A stretch of 64,000 nt of DNA from Callorhinchus milii (Eukaryota). The notes under the pieces are model-generated. The model saw only the letters and a list, made by a program, of their open reading frames with translations, was not told where the DNA came from and did not search any database. A program made the position numbers and the translations under genes. Location: assembly GCF_018977255.1 (NCBI RefSeq), contig NW_024704742.1:98458001-98522000 (forward strand), given 5' to 3'. Numbering within the stretch: the first letter of the stretch is position 1; every line of letters begins with the position of its first letter. Positions 51,471 to 63,300 of this stretch are shown here, one piece after another.

Positions 51471-52021
51471 TTCATGAAAACCTGAAATTTTCAGTAAAAT
51501 TGTGAAACCAGGGATTTTGCGAAATTTCAAAATTTTACTGAAAATTTCAGGGATTTTGAGAAATTCTTGGTTTCCCAACTTCACTGTAACATATACATTG
51601 TTATCTGAATACTGCAGTCAAATATATTGCAATTCCTAATGGGATTCCATAGCAAAGAATCTGAATGTGAAATTCTTCTGGTAACATCATGCCCTTCACT
51701 TGAGCAATAACTCGTATTTATATAGCACCTTCCACATGACCTAACATCTCAAAGAGCTTTGAAGAGATGGAATGGAAAGCTGAGCAAGGAGGATAGGCAT
51801 AAAGGCACAAATGAAAAGGTCGATTTGTTGAACGGTTTTGAAAGCAGATAGGGAGTGTCCAAGAGATTTGGGGAGAGAGGTCCAAAACTAGTGACATATA
51901 TCATAAAATTGGAGTTAAATTGGTTTTAAGTGAGATTAAAAACATATTCTTGTGGAAAAGGTTGTGAAAATGTAGATGGAAGGCTGTAGTAGCAGAATTG
52001 ATTGAAACCTTTAAAAGATAG

Positions 52022-52088
52022 TTAGGTAGGTAGGTAGGTAGGTAGATAGGTGGGTAGGTGGGTAGGCGGGTAGGCAGGTAGGTAGGTA
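52022..52088. repeat. (TAGG)n microsatellite, imperfect
   Basis: Direct reading: TAGGTAGGTAGG... with GGGT/CAGG variants, following a CR1 3' relic at ~51900-52021. Confidence 0.9.
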
Positions 52089-52179
52089 CATGGGAACTAT
52101 GATAGATACGATATTTAATAACAATTTATACTAATTATATATCATAATAATAATACAATAATTCTTCCATTTTATATAG

Positions 52180-53944
52180 ACTCTTCCCTCCTACACTTCG
52201 ACTCCTACCCATCCTCCCCTACACACCTTCGAACCCGTTTCCCCACCCTCTGTCACCAACCTCATCTTGTCCTTCAAACCCACCACCTGCTCCCTGAACC
52301 CCATCCCCACTCCACTCCTTATCTCCCAACTCCACCTCCTTGCCCCACTTCTCACAGTCACCATTAACCTATTCCTCTCCTCTGGCTCTGTTCCCATTCC
52401 CCTCAAAACTGCCACCATCATTCCTACACTGAAAAAACCCTCCCTTGATGCATTGCAGCTATCAAGCTACTGGCCCATCTCCAACCTTCCCTTCCTGTCC
52501 AAGATTCTCAAACGAGTCGTTGCCACCCAACTGCGCTCTTTCCTCTCCACCCATTCACATTTTGCACCCCTCCAGTCGGGTTTCCGTGCTGCCCATAGCA
52601 CAGAAACCACCCTGGTCAAGGTCACTAATGACATCTTGACCATCTGCGACCAGGGCTCCCTCTGCCTCCTCGTCCTCCTCGACCTATCGGCTGCATTCAA
52701 TACTGTCAACCACTCTATCCTCCTCCACCGCTTGTCCTCCCACCTCAACCTTCAAGGCCCTGTCCTTGAGTGGTTTAGGTCCTACCTCTCCCACCATCTT
52801 CATTTTGTCTCCGCTAATGGCTTTTCCTACAGCCCCCGCACTGTCTCGTGCGGCGTCCCTCAAGGCTCTGTCCTCGGTCCCCTCCTCTTCACCCTCTATA
52901 TGCTCCTCCTTGGTGACATCATCCGCAGACATGGGGTTAACTTCCACATGTATGCGGATGACACCCAACTCTACCTTTCCTCTTCTACCCTCAACTTCAT
53001 GACCACCGATGTCCTGACAGTCTGCCTGTCCGACATCGAGTCCTGGACAAGAGACAACTTTCTTCAGCTCAACGTGCGCAAAACTGAGGCCCTCCTGATT
53101 GGCTCACGTCAGCGCCTCCGCACCTCAGGCGCTGACAGCATCAGCATCCAAGGCTGCACTCTCCACCTCTCAAAGCCGGTCAGGAACCTTGGTGTTCTGT
53201 TCGACCCGGAGCTGTCCTTTCTTCCTCATACCCGCCCACAACTGGCACCGCCTTCCACCACCTCCGGAACATCACCAGACTACGGCACTACCTCACCCCT
53301 CACGCGGCTGAAACACTGGTCCACGCCTCTATCACCTCAAGGCTGGACTACGGAAACTCTCTCCTCCTTCCCGGCACCTCCTTCAACAAGCTGCAGGTCA
53401 TTCAGAACTCTGCAGCTCGTGTACTGTCCCGCACCAGGCTTCGCGACCACATCGCTCCCACCCTCGCTCGCCTCCACTGGCTCCCCATCACCCAGAGGAT
53501 CGAATTCAAGATCCTCATCCTCTCCTACAAGGCCATTCACAGCCTTGCTCCCTCCTACCTCTCTGACCTACTATCCCCCTACTTACCTGCCTATACCCTC
53601 CGTTCCTCTGGCTCCAGTCTGCTCCACATCCCCCGCCCCAACCGCCCTTCCATCGGTGGCTGGGCCTTCAGCCTCTCAACCCCAAGGCTCTGGAACTCCA
53701 TCCCCCAGTGCCTTCGCCGCCTCCTCCCTTTCCTCCTTCAAGGCCGGTCTCAAGACCTTTCTCTTCAACCATGCCTTCAGCTCCCCTCTCGACTCTCTAC
53801 CCCCTCCTCGCTCCCTCCCTTCCCTCCCCTCACCCTGACCATTTCCCCCCTGCTTGGGTCCCGACCCAACTGTCCAGCGCCTTGGGACGTCCTCCCGACG
53901 TTAAAGGCCCTCTATAAATGCAATCTTGTTGTTGTTGTTGTTGT
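52180..53944 (+). mobile_element. Young L2 LINE, 5'-truncated, RT core open
   Basis: ORF 52267-53838 carries [33 protein letters not shown] and [10 protein letters not shown], with a frameshift near 53230. (TTG)n tail. Closely similar to 24210-26512. Confidence 0.97.
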
Positions 53945-54255
53945 TCATGTCAGGAGGATGTCTCAAAGCACTTCACAGGATATACTGTAAAGTGGAGCGA
54001 CTATGTATGTAAAGACATTTGCTATTAGTGATGTATTTTAACCCAAAATTTGATTTAATGCTCATTTATAATAACTTTCTTGCTGCTCATTTACATAACC
54101 TAATCACACCTAAATCACAATATAATAAGGATTTAGGTGATAACCCAGAACAGGCGGTAGCACTATCACCTCTAAATCAGAAGATTGTGGGGTCAAGCCC
54201 CGCATCAGGATTTGAGCTCATATTTGAGGTGCCATGGTCCCTCTTGGTGACATTA

Positions 54256-55014
54256 TCAACAACAACAAAATTATGTTAGTAAAGCGCCTTTCATGTCAGG
54301 AGGATGATCCAAGGTGCTTAACACTCAGGGAAAAGGACCTGAGCGTGGGGGGGCAGGGTTGGAATGAGGGAGGTCAGAGGGTAGGAGGGTGGCTGAAAGC
54401 AAAGTCAAAAAGGAGGGTCTTGAGTTGGGCCTTGAAGGAGGCAAGAGAGGGAGCAAGGTGAAGGAATTGTGGGATGGAGTTGCAAAGAATGGGGGCAGAG
54501 AGGCTGAAAGTCCGGCTGCCATTGGTAGGGTGGTTCAAGCGGGAGACTTGGAGCAGGCCAGAGCCTGCTGAGCGGAGGGAGTGGACAGGTTGTTTGGAGA
54601 TGTAGGAGGAGGTAAGACCATGGAAGGACTTGAAAGTGAGGACAAGGATTTTGAATTCTAACCTCTGAGGGATGGGGAGCCAGTGGAGCCGGGCGAAGGT
54701 GGGAGTGATGGGGTCACGGAGCCTGGTGTGGGAGAGAACACGAGTTGCAGAGCTCTGGATGATCTGCAGTTTGCGGAGGGAAGAGTTGGGGAGGCCAACA
54801 AGAAGGGAGTTTCCGTAGTCGACCCTTGACGTGACGAATATGTCTATGAGGGTTTCGGCGACCTGACGGGTTAGGCAATGGGTGAGTCGGCAATGTTGCG
54901 GAAGTAGGGGAAGGCAGAGCCGCTCATAGCATGGATATGGGGGAGAAAGGACAGCTTAGGATCAAACAAGATGCCCAGGTTCCTAACTGGCTTGGTGAAG
55001 TGTGCAACCGTGGA
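54256..55014 (-). mobile_element. L2 LINE 3' fragment
   Basis: (CAA)n tail at 54258. Reverse-complement RLHWLP and VTSRVDYGN regions. Confidence 0.88.
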
Positions 55015-55972
55015 CATCATCTACAGACATGAGGTCAACTTCCACATGTATGTGGATGACACCCAACTCTATCTCTCTTACTCCAACCTTGAATCCAGGA
55101 CCACTGAAGACCTGACAGAATGTCTGTTAGACATCAAGTCCTGGATGAGAACTAACTTTCTACAGTTGAACAACAACAAGACTGAGGTCCTCCTAATTGT
55201 TTCCAATCAGCGCCTCCACACCTCAGGCACTGAAGCATCACCATCCATGGATGCACACTCCACCTCAATAAGCCATTCCAGAACCTTGGCGCCTTGACCC
55301 TCAACTGTCTTTTCTATCCCACATCTGTGCCATGACCCTCTCTGCCTTCCCCCACCTCTGCAACATTGCCCGGCTTCACCAATACCTCTCCCCTTAGGCT
55401 GCCAAAACTCTCATCCAGTCATTTATCACAGCTAGGCTTGACTATCCCATCTCCCTGTTTGTTCACCTTCCCAACTCTTCCCTCCACAAGCTGCAGATCA
55501 TCCAGAACTCTGCAGCTCATGTCCTCTCCCGCACCAGGCCCCGTGACCTTATCACCCCCACCATCACCTGGCTCCACTAGCCATTCCACAGAGGATAGAA
55601 TTCGAAATCCTTGTTCTCTCCTCCATGGCCTTTCTCCTTCCTACCTCTGTAACCTACTAACACCATATAAGCCTCTCCTCTCCCTTTGCTCAGCAGGCTT
55701 TGGCCTGCTCCATGTCCGCGGCCCGTCCCGTCCCACCATCAGCGGTCAGGCCTTCAGACTCTCTGCCCCAACCCTTTGAAACTCCATCACACAGTACCTT
55801 TGCCTTGCTCCCTCCCTTGCCTCCTTCAAGACACGTCACAAGATACCCCCTCTTCGACCGCACCTTTGGCCACCCTCCTATAACCCCCTGCTCGGGTTTA
55901 AATCCCTGACTGTCTCATACCTTGTGACATCCTCTTGATATGAAAGGTGCTATACAATGTAATTTGTTGTTT
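55012..55972 (+). mobile_element. L2 LINE 3' fragment starting in the RT YxDD region
   Basis: Peptide [22 protein letters not shown]...DIKSWMRTNFLQLNNNKTEVL, ending in an L2 tail. Confidence 0.9.
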
Positions 55973-57599
55973 TATAATAATAATAATCATTCAGGAATTT
56001 AAGGAACAATTCTGCATATTATCCTAATGAGGATAATTTTCTTCTAATGCCCTTGATATATTGTTCTGAATTATATCATCATAAGAAACGTGTGAATTCT
56101 CATACAAATATAGGTCTCTGGCTTATTGTTATAGAATAAATTATTGTGATATTCAAAGGGCTTTGCCACAAGAGATTTTGGCTCAGCAATGCTTTTCTAT
56201 CCACTAAAATAAATGTTTTTTTGCATCAACTGTCCAACTGGTCTGTGATTTTCATGCAATGAAAGTCTTTTTAAAGGCAATTAAAAAAAACATGGTTCTG
56301 CAGAGTTACGAGATGACCCTGTGCTTTTTGTGAAACTCCTGCATTTCAGGGACAGTGTTCTCAGGCCAGTGTTGATAAAGAGTGACAGCTCAGTCTCATC
56401 CTCCAAAACATGGCAAACTCTTCACAGTTTTAAGACGATACCAGTCATTTTCTATCTAAATTTGATGTTTCTTTGAACTTATTCCATTTGAACTTATTCC
56501 ATTTCATAGCATGAAAGTCACTTGGGCAGCCAGGGTTTTCACTATTGTTAACTACTGTGTGTTGGAGCGCACTGATAGATCACATGAAGGAAAGTCTAAA
56601 TATTATCAGTGAATGTCAGACACGCTTCAGAATGCAGGGAAAAGGGTCCCAGCCAAAAAGAACTCGACTGCAAAATTAATCTATGGATACTGCAGCAAAG
56701 AACTCTTAATGAAATATTTAAGCAGTTATGGCATTCTCAGTATAATTATATAAATTAAATCGAACTGCTGACAAATATCGGCACAGTGGAGTCCTTTACA
56801 TTCAAAGGAGAGACGAGCAGAAACCTGTTTCCAGGTTTGCACTTCGTTCTGTATCAGAGTATTTTAAGTTCTTACATTTTCATCTCACAAATTGATGTCA
56901 GATACATTTAATTAAACATATGTCAGAGGCATGCAGGAAACCAGCAGAAAACTGAAAGGTCACCGCTGCCTGTTATGAATTTGTGATTGACTGCATTGTG
57001 AAATGAATCAAAAGCCTGGCTGTCTGCCAGATTACCTACTGGTGATGCTAAGTAGAATTCATAGTGCTTTGGGGGTAGGGACATGGCAGCCAACCTGTAC
57101 TTGGCAGATGGGAGAAGACCAAATCCTACAGGGCTGCAGTAAACGAATAAGCTGGAATCTTTGGAAAGAGCCCAGTTGTGTCTTCAGTTTCATCTGACTG
57201 TTACAGTGCAACGAGTTGAAAGTACAAACATCGCAAGAATTTTTTAACATAATCGATTCATCACAACGAGTATTTGAAAAGCAATCAATTATCTGTGTCA
57301 TGATCTTTTAGTCCGAGCAGTGAATTTTCCTCCAGTTTTGATTTATTCCTCTGTTTCTTGCAATCTTGACTTGCCACATAATATCACATGACCTCCTTCA
57401 CACACTTATGGGAATAACAGGACTGGGGAGACAGTAGAGCCTATGTATAATGTAACAGTTTGAATCCAATCCATTTTTTTAAAGATCTTTCAAATATTGA
57501 TACAATAATTGAGAAGCTGAAGGCAGAAGCTCCACCTGGGTCTAGATTTGCTATATGTAGGATTTCTGAATGCCCAGGATTTGGCAAATTGCTGGATTC

Positions 57600-57815
57600 A
57601 ACAGCAACAACAAATTTACATTTATACAGCGCCTTTCACGTCGGAAGAATGTGCCAAAGTGCTGGACAGTTCTGAGTTTGCACCCAACCTAGGGGTGGCA
57701 GCCAAGGTGGGGGTTGAGGGAAAGGTGACTGAAGGCTCAGTCAAAGAGCAAGCAGACCTTGAAGTAGTGGGGGAAGATAGATACACTGAAAGCTCAACTG
57801 CTGATGGTGCATAAG
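57600..57815 (-). mobile_element. L2 3' tail fragment
   Basis: CAACAACAAATTTACATTTATACAGCGCCTTTCACGTCGG matches the L2 terminus. Confidence 0.75.
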
Positions 57816-59966
57816 ATATCACAGGGGACATGAAATTACTCTTTGAAGGTGGTTTTCTGTAGTTTCTAGAAGAGCTTACAGAAGAACAGTTTAAAAATTA
57901 AGGCTGTGCACTAACGGAACAATGGGGGAGATCAAGTCCAGCTGGAATTTCTGGCTAAATGTAATTACAATGCTGGTAACCCGCATTTATCAAATGGCAG
58001 TTCTGTCAAAGTCGATCTCCCAGGCCACTGAAGGCCAGCAAGTACAGTGAGGTGGGGCCACACAACAGGAGAGTGAGCTGGCAGATATCTAAGTGTGGGT
58101 GGGCCCACCAAAATGTTTTCAATGTTTTTCCATTTCGGCCGGGTCCAGCTAGGTATGAATTCTGAATTTGTGGCTCGTAAGCCAGGGGTTTTTGCTGTAT
58201 TTAAGCATTTGCAGAAGTAGAACAGAAGTGTCGAAAGGGTGGATGAGGGTTTCAGCAACATTGGTTCTGAGCGATGGTCAGAGATGGGATTAGCAGACAC
58301 ATTTCACGCAACGTTGATCCATATACCCCTTAGGAGTCATCCAACCAGAAATAATATTGTTGTTTTAAAAATATATATTTAATAAACCTTAATCCTTACA
58401 TTTGTTATGATCATTTTATCAAGTCGTCGAGATGTGAAGATTAATAATATAATGGGAACACAGTAAGTCCAGCAAAGTGGGATGTGCTGCTAGACAAATG
58501 TTGTATGGACACATGGCTGGAGTTTTGAGATACTTGAGGACAGATAATTTGTAATGCAAAGACAAAAAAGAGAAAGAAATTGGAAAATGTGGTCTATGCT
58601 TCAGATTGATATCCTCCTTTAACTTTTCAAGCTTTCCACCACATTTAGAGTAATTTTATTGGACTGATATCTTTGCAGTCAGACAATAATCACTATAACA
58701 ATTAATAGTAATCTTATTGTTATTGAAATTTCACCCGGATGAAGCTTCTAAGATAATATTGTCTTAATACTAATCAATATTCCTTGCATTTGATATAGTG
58801 CTTCAGCACTCCTTTGAGACATCTCAAAGCGCTTCACAGAATATACTGTAAAGTGAAATGACCTGGCTTCAGGCTCCATCTTTACGATGGAGTCAATGAG
58901 AGGGAATATCACCTCAATCTTTAGCTACTAACTAACCTTCTTCATTATATTTATTGGCAAAGTGATAATTATCAGATTTTCAATTTCTGCCCTAATACAT
59001 CTCTGTTGAAACACAGGAGGCACAATAAACTCAAAATATCATCTAATAGAACTGTTTAAGGCCATTGTGACATAAAAATTGCGCAGGATTTTGGCAATTA
59101 TTAATTCAGTCTAAATTTGGAAATCATTTTACTGCAGATCTGAAAAAAAACAACTTCCAAATGAAGACTGAACTCAACAATTTGCCACAATCCTAAATTT
59201 TACAAAAAAATGATCTTCAGGCTAAGTTTAAGTGGAATTTGGGACTTTATGAGTGTTCAGCAGCATTTGCTCCTTCAAAAGTCCCCTGCTTCACTTAGCC
59301 ACATGCAAGAAAATATGATTTCAAATGCTACTCCTCCGCCCTTTCCATCTCTCAGCATGTCTTTGCAATTGAAGTGTAAGGTAAATTGGTTAAATTAAAG
59401 TTAATGGATTGTGTATTTCCAAATTAATCATTGACAGGATTGAAAATATCTTAAAGTGCATTCGGCACATTTTTGTTTTGCACTGCGAGGAAGTAATGAG
59501 TAGCAAAAGTCAAGCCCAATGTCAAACAAGGTAAATGAAGTGTGCACTGCAAATACAGCACCTGTTCATGTCTATATTAAGACTTACATTCCAGCTGTGT
59601 TTCCATATGGTGCTTACTATGTCCATAAGCTATCTTTATCTCATGGACTAGTTGTTTATTTCCTCTTGTTTTCTTCCCTTGTTTTCTTATGTTAGTTTAA
59701 CACGTTCTTTCTGTAATGTATCCAAGGAATAGTGTTTTCCAGGTACATCGTAATCCATTAACGACAGAAGTTTTAGATTCCAAATAAATCAGTGTTGCGA
59801 TAAATTCTCGTCCTCTTTAAATTTGCTGCTTGTCAGTTCTCAGCTTAATTGAATCATGGAAATTGAGAAAGACAAGTTAGCCATTTAGTTTCCTGGAGGT
59901 TCTCGTGATTCAGCGTTGAGCTCCCAAAGTAGAGGGTCAAGAATCTTAATCCTATACTTGACTCAC

Positions 59967-60186
59967 ATCACAATCTCGTTGTATCTCACTGTGAGCATCG
60001 GCAGCACTTGGATGGAAAGCAGGGTGGAGTGCTTGCTGAGAGAAGCTGTCTGTACGATTTTTATTCTTTCCAAAGCATCTCCTCTGCCAACTGATCGCAG
60101 AGCAGATTGATGGCACATGTAGAAAAGGTAATGACTTAAATCATCCCAGCCTGTCGCCTGCAGGGGAATGCCTGGCAGCAACACAA
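59967..60186 (-). CDS. Possible isolated internal exon of an unidentified gene (220 bp, one open frame)
   Basis: On -: polypyrimidine tract TTTTTGTTTTTCTTGCTCCTTTCTCTATTAG, then 72 stop-free codons (VLLPGIPLQATGWDDLSHYLFYMCHQ...RYNEIV), then donor GTGAGT. Protein not recognised. Confidence 0.3.
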
Positions 60187-60300
60187 CTAATAGAGAAAGG
60201 AGCAAGAAAAACAAAAACACATCTTTGCACAGAAAACATTCTCATGGTCTTTAGCACTAAAAGTACCATCTTAAAATTCAACTCTTAATTTTGAAGCAGA

Positions 60301-60370
60301 TTTTTGTGCAAGTCTTCTTCTCAATAACACAATAACTGTTATTGTGTTATTGAGAAGACTTGCACAAAAA
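60301..60370. repeat. Near-perfect palindrome (33-bp arms, 1-nt centre, one 3-nt bulge)
   Basis: TTTTTGTGCAAGTCTTC(TTC)TCAATAACACAATAAC-T-GTTATTGTGTTATTGAGAAGACTTGCACAAAAA. Confidence 0.9.
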
Positions 60371-63300
60371 AACATCTAAATTAAGGCTGAATTTAAATAT
60401 TCCAAAATTCTGTACAATCATAAATTTTAATGGAATAACGTGAATCAAAGGCTATTAACAATTTCAGGTCTCCTCAACTGTCTCATCTTTACTTCTTATA
60501 GATTCTGATCACTTGAGATGGTGCTGTTTCACTTTCACATCTTTAATGAATACTTTGTCAAAATCCAATTCATGTTAGTGTAGATTAGGTTGATTCTTTA
60601 TACATGATTTGTATGTCCCATGGATTAAAACTCAGACATATTGACCCAGAAGATGTCTGTCCAATGCCCAATAATGTGCTTATCTTAAATGGGGTAATAG
60701 TATGGCTACTACAATTTGCCTCAGTGCCACTCGGCTAGGGAGAGCAAAATAGGCCAGGGTTCTTATTCCTGATCATTGGTCCCTGTTAAAAAAGGTGGCA
60801 CAAGGGGGACTTCATCGCAATAATGCCCCTCATCTAGATACCCTGCTAACACTCACTGCCTAGATGCATACATGAAGATGCTCATTTGGACGAGATACCG
60901 GAAGGTGGTTTGTGCCCATGGAACCATAGCTCAGCAGCAATAAGCACTGCTGGAAACGTTGTGCAGAAAACTGGAGGAGACAAAGGGCTGGAAATGAGTT
61001 GCACGGTTTTAAATGTTATGCTGCTGTGGATATAATGTCTGCCCTGCATACATTTTCCATTAATTTCAGTGCCATAATAGCCCACTACAGATTAAACAAC
61101 TTCTGGTAGCATTGAATAGGAAGCAAGGGTTCATAAAGCGAATTATGAACCGTGAAAAGGTTATTCTACAGAATAACATATAAAATTCAGTGAACAATAG
61201 ATCAACAGGCATCTTAGTTTGTGTGATTTACTTTTCTGTAAATAATTAGTATTCAGTTTTAAATGCAAGGTCTAGGCACTCATGCAAAGAATAATACACA
61301 TCCTGAAGTGATATAAATGCAGTAATATTACTGGGTACTAAAGTGAGATGTGAGTTATTTATAACTGCCATCCAATGGTCCCCACCCCCACAAGAGACGA
61401 GATTGAAGTCCTTAAATCACTCCAGTGTACATAAAATTTACTATAAATTTCAAGTGGCCATTTCTTTCTCAGTTCTAGATCCATATATTGTCTGGCTGAG
61501 GCACAGGCTATGAAAGGTTTCGGCCAAGTTATCATGATGTCTGCATTCATTTAATTGATGCACGTTTAGTAAGAAATTAATCAGTTCCAAACTACCACTC
61601 CATAATGTGGCCAATGTAGATTACAGTCAAAGTGTCTGTCTGAAGCTTTATACTTAGCAATTAATAATGAACATTAAACATTGTCTCTTTCATTTTTCCC
61701 AATGAATTAAATCCAAAGGTTTAAAATGTAGTTTTCTTATTACTGAACTGTCTAGAGGCTGCTCATTGGCACAGTAATTGAAACTCTGGTTGCACCTCAG
61801 ATTTGGCAAATTGGACGGTGGTACTGCCATCTTTCACATCACATATCGATGTTTAATTGAGCCGCCTCAGAAGATATCAAAGTACATCATATCAATTCAA
61901 AGGATTTTAGCCTCTGAAGGAGGGCTGGATTGGTTTGGCTGGTGAACAGCAAAATAATGTATTACCATCCACATACAATAAATCAAAAGTTGCTGATATA
62001 TTGGGATATGTCTAGGAGTAGAATATTCTACAATATGATAATTATCATAGCTTGTACTGCATTTTTTACCGTTACTCTTACAGCCAGAATTTAAATTTTG
62101 CTCAGAAACAATAGGTGTTGTTAGGAATGTTGTAATCTTATGACAAATGCATTGATAACAGGAAAGTACTAGGCATTTGGGTGCTGCCAAACCAAATTTC
62201 TCAGCCAAATCAGTGAAAAGTAATACCATATGATTTCTGTGTTTTAAAAAACACTTCAACCTATATGGAAGTTTCTATCAAATTACTCTGTTGTTTAATC
62301 ATTACCATCTCATTGTTACAAATATTATGAAGACATGCACTGTACTTCAGCTTCTGACACATGGATGATTGAGGTAATTTAGTATGAAGTCAAAGAAGAT
62401 GTAATGTATTTCATTGATGAAGAAAGAATACAATTCAGTGCATTCTTTCAGGCTTTGCTCATTCTTTAATAATAATAATCCTTGCATTTGATATAGCACT
62501 TTATCACGTCATTGAGGCGTCTCAAAGTGCTTCACAGAATATATTGTAAAGTGGATTAACTGTATCATTTTGATTATCAAAAGTGACCTTTCTGTGTTTA
62601 TTTACAAGTCAAATGAAGAAGGCCCTTCTGCCCATTTGACCTCATCCTTCCAGAATATCCACCCTATCATCTTCCCAGCACAGAATCAAGCTGCTTTTTT
62701 TTTCAAATGAGTTCAGTGTCCCTTCCAGGTAACCCATTACAGTCATGAATTACCTGCTGGGTAAAGAAGTGATTGTCCTGAAATTGCCCTTCTCAATGCT
62801 AAACCTATATCCTTTGTTTACTGTCTTGATGCCTCTTAAAGTATTGACCTGGGTTTACTTTCCAATTCTATTTAAAATGTCCTCCACGTCTATACGATCC
62901 CCTCTGAGAATTTATTTCCAAGACTGAAAAGCCCTAGCTTTGTCAAATCATTTCTCATAACTTATTCATCTAACACTAGGGATCATCCTCAATGCTCTCC
63001 TCTAGGACACACAGTCCAACCAAGTGGCCAATGGTCACATGTATACCATCCATTGAGATGTTTTGATGGGATAAGGTGACAGAAGATCCATTTCAATCCC
63101 ACAAGTTGAAATGCAAGTTGATTTGTTAATGTAGAAGTGGCCACATCTGAAAAGCAAAATGACTACAGGTGGCCAGGGCCACTGGTTGGACATTGCTGCT
63201 CTCAGGTCCGCTTATGTCATGGTGAACAAATCTGTATGCAGTCCTCTAGGTGAGGCCTGACTAGGGCTTGAGTATGGTGTCTGGGAATTGGAACTCAACT

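Larger units (their letters stand above)
49530..51591 (-). mobile_element. Ginger2/Tdd-4-type DNA transposon (KRBA2/SCAND3-like DDE integrase), defective
   Basis: Imperfect TIRs: left (C)GTTACAGTAAATTTGTGAAACCAGGGATTTCATGAAATCCCTGAAATTTTCAGT versus reverse-complemented right end TGTTACAGTGAAGTTGGGAAACCAAGAATTTCTCAAAATCCCTGAAATTTTCAGT. TATA on both flanks. Integrase remnants inside. Confidence 0.88.

Noticed and set aside
52267..53838. 523-aa host protein gene
   Set aside because: This is L2 ORF2 RT that shifts into an alternative Pro/Ser-rich frame after ~53230. It is 5'-truncated and lacks the endonuclease.
56472..56504. 15-bp tandem duplication TTTGAACTTATTCCA x2
   Set aside because: Ordinary slippage duplication with no further structure.
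63014..63191. 15-bp inverted repeat GTCCAACCA(A)GTGGCC as MITE ends
   Set aside because: Short, with an indel, no TSD and no internal symmetry. It may be part of old SINE debris.
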